From the NCBI GenBank assembly GCA_944383895.1, contig CALWRH010000004.1:17287-81286 (forward strand): DNA of 64,000 bases. The letters are read 5' to 3'. The notes below the pieces were generated by a model that had not been told where the DNA came from, did no database searches, and saw only the letters and a list, made by a program, of their open reading frames with translations. Position numbers and translations under genes: made by a program. The stretch is from an uncultured Christensenellaceae bacterium (GTDB lineage: Bacteria > Bacillota > Clostridia > Christensenellales > UBA3700). Below, one piece after another: positions 54,331-62,600 of this stretch (the stretch's first letter is position 1; each line of letters opens with the position of its first letter).

Positions 54331-55749
54331 TTGGACAACAAACAATATCTGACAAAGATGGAAAAATCCGGCTACGGGCTTGCTGCTTTGGGGCAGGGAG
54401 CTATGTATGCCATGATGACTTCTTGGCTGAGCAGGTTCTATACGGACGTGCTCGGTCTTGAGCTGTTGTTTGTAATGGGACTTATGTGGGTAGCCCGCCT
54501 TGTGTTCGCGATCGGCGATCCGTTGATGGGCGTACTTGTGGATAACACGCGTTCTAAATACGGCAAAATGAGGCAGTATCTGCTTTTTGCGCCGTTTATC
54601 GTATCTCTTCTCAGCGTATTCTTGTTTATAGATTTCGGCCTCGACATGACGGGCAAGATGATCTATGCGTCTATAACCTATATGGTATGGGGCGTGGCTT
54701 ATGCCGTGTGCGACGTGCCTTTCTGGGGACTTCCTTACGCGATGACCCCCAACGTTACGGAACGCGACAAATTTCTGTCTTTCGCGCGCACGCTCAACAG
54801 TATCGGAGGAGCGCTACCCGTGGCAGTGGTCGCTTTTCTTATCGGAGACAGCATCTTAGGCTTAAGAAAAGGACTTATGGTCGGCGCGATACTGTTCGCT
54901 GCGATAGCGATCGTACCGTTTTCAATGACGTTCTTTTTTACGAGAGAGAGAATAGAGCCGCAAAAAGAAAAACTCAGCTTAAAACAGTCTTTCAGGATAA
55001 TAGGCAAGTGCAAGCCGCTCGTGCTCGTAATGCTGTTCGGATTGCTCAGTTTCGGCAGATATATGATACAGGCGTCGTATACTTATGCTGCAGATTACGT
55101 CTTTACGTATTACGAAAACGCCAACGCGTTTACCGCTTTTGTCTATGACATGAGACAGATACTCGGAGCAGCGTTGATAGGCATAGGCATGTTCCCGTCA
55201 ATGATAATAATGCCTAAACTGCTGAGGAAATACAATACGCGCGTTATCGCGCTCGGTGCGGGCATATTCTCGGGCGCCGTACTCGGGCTTTTCTTCCTGA
55301 TAGGAACGCTGACGCATTACAACTATTATATAGCTTTGCCTTTCTTCTTCCTGAGCGGACTGCCGCTCGGTATATACAACGTCATAACTTTCTCTATGGT
55401 GGGAGAGTGCATCGACTATCTGCAATACAAGCTTGACATACGCGCAGAAGGACTTGCGTCATCGTGCATATCTTTTGTGGGAAAGCTCAGCGCCGCGTTT
55501 TCTGCGGGAGCGATACCGCTCGTACTCGAAATAGCCGATTACGTTCAACCCGTTACAGAAAACGGCACGACCGTGCTTATGGAGCAGACTTCGGGCACAA
55601 GGACAGCGATTTTCATGTTGCTTACGCTTATTCCAGCCGTCAGCCTGTTCGTATCCACGCTGCCGCTCCTATCGTACGATCTCGTGGGCAGGAAAAAGAG
55701 GGAGATCGAAGAGGCTCTCGAAAAGAAACGCGTGATAAAAGAAGAGTAG
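54331..55749 (+). CDS. GPH-family MFS glycoside/cation symporter
   Basis: About 12 TM segments. TTG at 54331 lies 8 nt after an AAGGAGAG SD. The ATG at 54358 is an alternative start. The track start at 54271 is the promoter -35 hexamer. Confidence 0.8.
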   Translation: MDNKQYLTKMEKSGYGLAALGQGAMYAMMTSWLSRFYTDVLGLELLFVMGLMWVARLVFAIGDPLMGVLVDNTRSKYGKMRQYLLFAPFIVSLLSVFLFIDFGLDMTGKMIYASITYMVWGVAYAVCDVPFWGLPYAMTPNVTERDKFLSFARTLNSIGGALPVAVVAFLIGDSILGLRKGLMVGAILFAAIAIVPFSMTFFFTRERIEPQKEKLSLKQSFRIIGKCKPLVLVMLFGLLSFGRYMIQASYTYAADYVFTYYENANAFTAFVYDMRQILGAALIGIGMFPSMIIMPKLLRKYNTRVIALGAGIFSGAVLGLFFLIGTLTHYNYYIALPFFFLSGLPLGIYNVITFSMVGECIDYLQYKLDIRAEGLASSCISFVGKLSAAFSAGAIPLVLEIADYVQPVTENGTTVLMEQTSGTRTAIFMLLTLIPAVSLFVSTLPLLSYDLVGRKKREIEEALEKKRVIKEE

Positions 55750-55801
55750 AGCAAAATTACGCACAAGTATTCGTTTTTTTTGCATATCGTAAACAGTAAA
55801 G

Positions 55802-55832
55802 AAAAAGCTCCGCAGAAAGCGGAGCTTATTTA
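55802..55832. terminator. Bidirectional terminator between the MFS and TetR genes
   Basis: AAGCTCCGC-AGAAA-GCGGAGCTT with an A-run upstream and a T-rich run downstream. Confidence 0.8.
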
Positions 55833-55848
55833 TTGCTTGTTATAGTCT

Positions 55849-56403
55849 TTAGACGTTGAAACCGCCTTTGATATGGTTTGTCAGCGACTGCATGAGGTAG
55901 TTGCTTTTTGGAGTGCCGATGTCCTGCAGATTGTCGCAGATGGTTTCGACGAGCCCCGATATCAGAAAGCATACCGAATATTCGAACATAGTCCTGTCGC
56001 GGTAACGGTATGAGTTTTCCTGCAATATTTTGTTTTCGAGCAGACCTTTCAGCTTGCGACGGAAATCCGAGTGAAAATTGTTCTGCAGCAGATTGATGTA
56101 CAGGTCGAGATCTTTCTGAAGGAAGTCGAAGACGTGCTTGAGAAAAGGCTCGGGATTGGTGAGTATCGTTGCGAAATCGAATTTATCCAGCACGCTCGTT
56201 ATATTTGCGATGATATCGTTGTGGACCTGCTCAATAACGTCGGTCGCGTCGTAATAGTGCAGATAGAACGTGCTGCGGCTCACGTCTGCGAGAGAACATA
56301 TCTCTTTTATCGAAAGTTTGTTGATAGGCACCGTGTTGAGCAACTGTACCGTAGCGGTGATTATGGCTCTTTGCGTCTTTCTTATTCTTCTGTCTTTAGG
56401 CAT
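55849..56403 (-). CDS. TetR/AcrR-family transcriptional regulator
   Basis: 184 aa. N-terminal HTH LSIKEICSLADVSRSTFYLHY. Confidence 0.9.
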   Translation of the reverse strand: MPKDRRIRKTQRAIITATVQLLNTVPINKLSIKEICSLADVSRSTFYLHYYDATDVIEQVHNDIIANITSVLDKFDFATILTNPEPFLKHVFDFLQKDLDLYINLLQNNFHSDFRRKLKGLLENKILQENSYRYRDRTMFEYSVCFLISGLVETICDNLQDIGTPKSNYLMQSLTNHIKGGFNV

Positions 56404-56579
56404 AGAAATAAGACTCCTTGTTAAAAAATTTACAAATCGCGTATTTTTGTATCGTAATGAGCAATAAACCTTTATTTATCCGCGTAAAAACATACGCGTT
56501 ATACGCTGTTTTGTTCTATAATTATTATAGATTAAAAATTTACAGTTGTCTATTATTTGACACATATTTAGGAGGCAAC

Positions 56580-57467
56580 ATGATTCATATCGTAACGGAT
56601 GCAACTACTGATTTCCCTAAGCAGTTTTATGAAAAGGATTTTACCGTTCTTCCTATGGGCTACATGCTCGATGACGAGGACTTCGACGGAGAAACCAAAA
56701 CCATAACGGCAAAAGAATTTTACGACTACATGAGAGCAGGCAGAAAAACCAATACCCGCATGGTTGACGAGGCGACGATACTCAAGTACGTCGAACCGTT
56801 GCTCAAAGAAGGAAAGGACGTGCTTTACGTCGTATTTTCGTCAGGACTTTCGGGTACTTACGACAACGCGGTGCGCGTATTCAAAGAGCTGCACGAAAAG
56901 TATCCTGCATGCAAACTTGCGGCGGTAGACAGTTACAATGCGAGCATGGGCGAGGGACTTCTCGTCTGGTATACTCTCAAGAAGAGAGCAGAAGGAGCTG
57001 ACTTCGAAGAACTCTGTAAGTACGTCGAAGACACGCAGGCTCATCTGTGTTCGTACTTCACGGTCGACGATCTTAAGCACCTTGCAAGACTCGGCAGAGT
57101 TACCAAGACAGCGGCGTTCATAGGTTCGCTCGCCAACATCAAACCCGTGCTTTTCGTAAACAGCAAAGGCAAGCTTATCCCTATCGCAAAAGTCGTGTCG
57201 CGCAAGAAATCGCTCAAAGCGCTCGTCGACAAGATGGAGGAGAAGATGCTCCCCGTAAGCGAACAGAAAAAGATCTTTATCGGTCATGGTGACTGTTACG
57301 ACGACGCAGTGTTTGTCAAGAATGAAATAGAAAAACGTTTCGGACTCGATTGCGTTGTGATAGATTACATCGGTCCCGTTATCGGAGCTCACGCAGGAGC
57401 GGGCGTCGTTGCATTGTTCTTCCTCGGCACCGACAAATTCGAGAAGAACGACACTTCCGAAGACTAA
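56580..57467 (+). CDS. DegV family fatty-acid-binding protein
   Basis: MIHIVTDATTDFP and SSGLSGTY. The ATG at 56580 follows a GGAGG SD (the track's TTG at 56418 is rejected). Confidence 0.9.
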   Translation: MIHIVTDATTDFPKQFYEKDFTVLPMGYMLDDEDFDGETKTITAKEFYDYMRAGRKTNTRMVDEATILKYVEPLLKEGKDVLYVVFSSGLSGTYDNAVRVFKELHEKYPACKLAAVDSYNASMGEGLLVWYTLKKRAEGADFEELCKYVEDTQAHLCSYFTVDDLKHLARLGRVTKTAAFIGSLANIKPVLFVNSKGKLIPIAKVVSRKKSLKALVDKMEEKMLPVSEQKKIFIGHGDCYDDAVFVKNEIEKRFGLDCVVIDYIGPVIGAHAGAGVVALFFLGTDKFEKNDTSED

Positions 57468-57480
57468 AAAGTAAAGATTT

Positions 57481-57512
57481 GCCCCCGAAATGCTACGTTT
57501 CGGGGGCTTTTT
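57481..57512 (+). terminator. Intrinsic terminator after degV
   Basis: GCCCCCGAAA-N7-TTTCGGGGGC followed by T5. Confidence 0.85.
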
Positions 57513-57603
57513 GTATATTTTAGATACGAATTATAAAAAAACAGTTGAAAAATATAACGTTTATAACGCACAATTAAAGCAAAGATCAACGGGGATATGA
57601 GAA

Positions 57604-58911
57604 ATGTACGATTATAAAAACAAAGTCATCGGTATAGAAAAAGCGTTGTCGCTCGTCAAAGACGGGTGCAACATCGTTACCGGTCTCGGTGCAGCGGAGG
57701 CGAGAGGCTTTCTCGGTGCGTTGCATACGATAGCAGGTAAAGTCAGAAACGTAAAAGTGACAACGTGTCTGTCGGTATGCGATTATGAGTTTACCAGACC
57801 CGAATATTCCGATTCCTTCAGAATAGAAAGCTGGTTTTATTCTTCCAAGCAGAGGAGAGATCACTCCCGCGGAAACATTTCCTTCATACCCAATCATCTG
57901 CATCTCGCCGCAAGCAAAAGGCTGTGGATGGCGCACCCCGACATCGTTGTCGTCAACGCAAGCATGCCCGACAAGCACGGATACATGTCGATAGGATTAT
58001 CCAACGTCTACGAAAAGGCGATGATAGAGGCGGCGGACCTCGTGATAATAGAGATAAACCCCCACGTTCCGAGAGTGTTCGGAGATTGCGATCTGCACGT
58101 TTCGCAGGCAGACTATCTTATAGAAACTGATTACGAGTTGCCCGAAATACCCGATATAGTGCCCAACGAAAAGGATAAGATAATCGGCAGACTCGTCGCC
58201 GATTACGTCAACGACGGCGACTGTATACAGCTTGGTATCGGAGGTATTCCCAATGCGTTCGCGGATGCGCTGATGACAAAGCACGATCTCGGCATACATA
58301 CCGAAATGCTGACTACGGGCATGGTCAAGCTCATAGAGGCGGGAGTCGTCAACGGCAGCAGAAAACAGCGCAACAAAGGCAAGGTCGTCACAGCTTTCGC
58401 GCTCGGCAATAAAAAGCTGTATGAATTCATGGACGACAATATCGGCATAGAAGTGAGAAACTGCGCTGAGGTCAACGATCCGTACGTCATAGCGCAGAAC
58501 GACAATCAGATATCCGTCAACACTACGCTCGAAGTGGATCTTACGGGGCAGTGCTGCAGCGAGTCGCTCGGTTCTACTCAGTTCAGCGGTACGGGCGGTC
58601 AGGCCGATACCGCAATAGGCGCGCAGATGTCGAAAAACGGAAAATCTTTTATAGTCCTCTATTCTACCGCAATGGTCAAAGATCCCGTTACGGGAGAAAG
58701 AGAAGAAAAGTCCAAGATAGTGTGCCAGCTCAAGGCAGGCGCGGCTGTATCTCTGTCGAGAAACGACATTGACTTTCTTGCAACCGAATACGGCGTGGTA
58801 TCTCTGAGAGGAACGAACATAAAGGAAAGAGTGGAAAAGATAATTTCAGTCGCTCATCCGAAATTCAGAGAAGAGCTTATAGCCGACGCGAAAAAAGTCG
58901 GACTTATCTGA
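57604..58911 (+). CDS. Acetyl-CoA hydrolase/transferase family protein (4-hydroxybutyrate or butyryl-CoA:acetate CoA-transferase-like)
   Basis: 435 aa. LGIGGIPNA, HTEM, GTGGQADT motifs. Confidence 0.85.
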   Translation: MYDYKNKVIGIEKALSLVKDGCNIVTGLGAAEARGFLGALHTIAGKVRNVKVTTCLSVCDYEFTRPEYSDSFRIESWFYSSKQRRDHSRGNISFIPNHLHLAASKRLWMAHPDIVVVNASMPDKHGYMSIGLSNVYEKAMIEAADLVIIEINPHVPRVFGDCDLHVSQADYLIETDYELPEIPDIVPNEKDKIIGRLVADYVNDGDCIQLGIGGIPNAFADALMTKHDLGIHTEMLTTGMVKLIEAGVVNGSRKQRNKGKVVTAFALGNKKLYEFMDDNIGIEVRNCAEVNDPYVIAQNDNQISVNTTLEVDLTGQCCSESLGSTQFSGTGGQADTAIGAQMSKNGKSFIVLYSTAMVKDPVTGEREEKSKIVCQLKAGAAVSLSRNDIDFLATEYGVVSLRGTNIKERVEKIISVAHPKFREELIADAKKVGLI

Positions 58912-58978
58912 GTTGAAATTACTGTATCCGTGTTTATTAAACACGTTTTACGGTCAGCAAGACAAAACAACGTGACAA

Positions 58979-59007
58979 ATGCAGGCGGGATCGCTTGCAT
59001 TTTTTTA
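58979..59007 (+). terminator. Intrinsic terminator after the CoA-transferase gene
   Basis: ATGCAGGCG-GGAT-CGCTTGCAT (one G-U pair) followed by T7. Confidence 0.8.
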
Positions 59008-59564
59008 TATGTGCGGGCAGAGTAGTAAAGTGCGATAAAACGTAGTATGTCGGCAGGAGAGGAAAAGAGAAATGAAAGCATTTATCGGATAAAAAGATGT
59101 ATGTTTTTCATACTGTAAGCAGGTAAAAGGCTCTATCCGTTCAAGCAGACAGCGTATAAGCGCATAGGCTGAGTCAGATGCTTTCAGAAAAAATCTGTAA
59201 AGTAAAAAAAATAAAATAGACATAAAAAAAATTATTCAAAAAACGGCTCTCGAAGTCAGCATTTCATACATCAATGAAATATGTATAAAATATGTCAATA
59301 AATTAACGATCGAAGAAAGACGGTTAGTGTCGTCCTGAGATATTTCGCAGAAATTCAACAAAAAACTGAGCAAAATCGAGCCGAAACATCGCTAAAAGAG
59401 GTTGTCGGTAAAACGTAAAAGCAACGGGCATATTAAAAGTCTTATGGATAAAACAGTTTATTTTCCGCATGTTTCAGAATAATAAAAAACATTAAAAACG
59501 GATACGAACGGGAATATTTTAGCAGAAATTGCCAATTTCACGTAATTTTTTGGTGTAAATACAT

Positions 59565-59593
59565 TTGATATTAAAAAAAATATGTGCTACAAT
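59565..59593 (+). promoter_or_regulatory. Extended -10 promoter for the giant lipoprotein gene
   Basis: TTGATA (59565-59570), 17-nt spacer ending in TGC, TACAAT (59588-59593). An 80-nt leader with two GC hairpins follows. Confidence 0.6.
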
Positions 59594-59681
59594 TTACATA
59601 ACCATAGTGCGCGTATTTATATATACGCACGCGCCGCGGACATAGACGGCGCAAAACGGTAAGGTTGAGAGGTGGAGAACT

Positions 59682-62600
59682 ATGAAAAGGTTCAAAAAAA
59701 CAGCTACGTCGGTTCTGGTCGTATTCGTAGTCGTTCTCGCTCTTTCTCTTGTTCTTACGGCGTGTGACCAAACGACTACCACAACGGACGTTTCGTACAA
59801 CATAACGCTGGATTACGACGGAGGAGCGATTTCGGGTACAGGCTCGACGACTGTCAGCGTAAACTCGGGTCAGCAGATAGATCTGAGTCAGTATAAACCC
59901 GTAAAAGCCGGATACATATTCTCGGGTTGGAGTGACGGCAAGCAGATATACAAGGGAACGTACACCCCTTCTGCGGACGTGACTCTCAAAGCCGTATGGA
60001 TCAAGTCGGGCTCCAACACTACGCTCAACGCGCTCAAGACTTTGCTTGACGCGATGGATCAGGAAGGAGCTTACGGATTCGTATTCGAGGGCAGCGGGAC
60101 TGATGCCGACGGCAAGCTGACGTCTATCGCGCTCAAGGCGAGCGTTTCGAGCGAAGAAAAATATACGCTCGGGTTTGAAATTTCCGATGCGGACGGCAAC
60201 AGGACGGTAGGCATATACGTCATGGACGGAGTGTTCTACGTCTGGTCTCCCGAAATGGGCGGCGTTGCGCTCGAAGATTTCGACATGGATTATATTCTTC
60301 AGGTTGCGGTACGCACTCCCGAAGTGCTCGGCAACCTTCTCGGCAACATCGATCTTGCCGGATTCTCTTTTGATACTATTCTCAACATGCTCTTTGAAAT
60401 GTTTACCAAGACTACGGTAAGCGCAGAGGGCACCGATACCGTTTATAACGTAGCCATCAACCCTGCGGGTCTCAAGAGTATTGTAAGTCTTCTCAACCTC
60501 ATCAACCTCGACTCTTTGCTTGCAGGTGCCGGCCTTAATATCAAGACCGCCGGCGTTATAGACTGGTTTATGAGCATATTGCCCGAAATGACCATCAATC
60601 TCAAGTTTATGGTGGGCATGGAAAGCGGCAAGCTCACGGGAGTACAGTCCGACGCCGTTTATGAAGGCGAGAAATATTTCGAGTTCTCGACCGTAGACGC
60701 GGGATTCTACGCAGAAGACGAAGTCGTGCCCGTAGCTCCCGAAGAACTCGAAGGATATCAGCAGATATCGCTCGGCAACATAGACATGCATGTCGATTTC
60801 TCGGTGGAGAACGAAAGCGCGGATCTCGGAGCGTTCATCAACGCGGTAACGGGTACGACTGCGGTGCCTGTCGGCACGCTGTTGCTTGACAGCGGACTCA
60901 GATACAGACTTACGCTCAAGACTCAGCTCGATATCGCTCAGAACACAGTTACTGACGAAAATTATATAGTGCTCGAGCTCGATGAGCTCGGCAAAGACGG
61001 TTCGCTCAAACCCTTCCTTTCGGCATATTACAAGAAAGGCAACGTCTACATCGACGTCGCAAAAACGGTAGGCGGCATATACGGAGGCAAAGGCGTAAAG
61101 ATAGGAGTGGATCTCAAAGAACTCATATCCGAGGTCAAAGGAGTAGTTACCGACGCGATAGACAGCACCTTCTTTACAGAAGACCGAGCGATCAGCGGCA
61201 ATGCGGTGCTTAATAAGAACGGCGTCGTAGCGCTTTCCGGCAGTGAAGGCAACTACTACGTTTCGAGCGGCGCGCTCAACTTTATTCAGGTCATCGTCGG
61301 CGTGTTCGGCGTGGACGGAGATAAAGTCAGCGTAACCGACGGCGAAGACGAGGGCGGCAAATACAGCATACTCAACTTCAATATAGACGACGAATTCTTG
61401 TCGGCGTTCCTCAACGCGATAGGACAGAAGAACGTCAGCGTGCCCGATTTCGGCGCGATAAATCTGGATATCAGACTCGAGGCAGACGGATTGCAGTCGG
61501 TAGGTATCAACGCGGATCTCGAAGGCGGGATAAAGGCGTCGATAATGTTCGACAACTTCTCGATAGGTAAAAAGCCGGAATTCGACGGATACGACGGCAT
61601 CAGCGATTATATCGACGCTCAGGTGGGCGACGAAAGCAACTATACCTATTCGGTAAAAGAACTCGTATATTCTTTGCTCGAAGGCGTTTCTCTCGACGTC
61701 GACGCAAAGCTTTCGCTTGCGGCGGGCAACTATAATATCATGGACATCGTTTCGCTGTTCGGTATTGAAAATACAGACGGCGTTGCGACCCCGTGGACGG
61801 TGAGCAAAGACAGCACGGTAGACGCCACGTTGTCTGCAAGACTCGCTCTCGATCCAGCGACGGAGAAGATCAGCGCGGTAGTTAAGATAATACTCAATAA
61901 GGATTTTGCGCTCGGTACCGACAAGATCCTGCCTGCAGGCGAGCTTATCTCGGTATATCTGTCCGAAGACGGAACGGGATACATAGATCTGTCGGGCATT
62001 GAGCTGTTCGGCGTGAATCTGCCCGCGCTCAAGGCAAATATAGATCTGACCTCCGTGACAGACAAACTGAGCGAAAGTCTGAATACGGACCTCGTATTCG
62101 ACGTGTCGGGACTTTTCGGTACGAGCGAAGAGGAAACGCTTTCGAGACTAAACGCGGACGCTTCTTCTAAGCCGCTTTCCATGAATTCTCAGGTAACGGC
62201 AGAGGCAAGCGATATAATAATCAATTCGGATTCTCTGAAGGTCAACGTTACGCTTGCGACCGTATCGGCTCTTCTCAACGCGTTCGGCGTCAGTATAGCT
62301 CTTCCCGACGGACTCGAGGCGGATCTGTCCGCATCTCTTGACGGCGAGGGACTGAACGTTGAGCTTGACGCATCCGTCGCAGCGAGCGAAGGATATGACG
62401 CTCTCGGGCTCGGACTCGGTATAAGCGTAGGCAAAGGCGGGCTTATGACGGGTGTGGACGGCATGTCCGCGGAAATAGAAAACACTATAAGGACAGAAAC
62501 CGCAGACCTTGCGGACGCTCAGTCCAACGTAATAAAGGCTTTGCTCGGCACTGTCGGCAAAATGACGATAGAGGCAGAGATAGACGTCACGTCGGACGAA

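Noticed and set aside
56418-56579. ORF-track 5' extensions using TTG/GTG starts: degV at 56418, amidase at 16115, P-type ATPase at 11941, membrane protein at 6042, rumA at 20245, GH20-2 at 47900, DUF1667 at 52351, rnfE at 31970, the small ORFs at 23149 and 19718, and Gx at 35483.
   Set aside because: In each case a downstream ATG (a TTG for the MFS gene) with a proper SD gives the family-typical N-terminus. The extension runs through promoters, terminators or the preceding gene.
58854-59223. Two minus-strand ORFs (75 aa and 72 aa) in the AT-rich region upstream of the giant gene.
   Set aside because: They have no SD, show hydrophobic low-complexity translation typical of AT-rich DNA, and overlap the CoA-transferase terminator.
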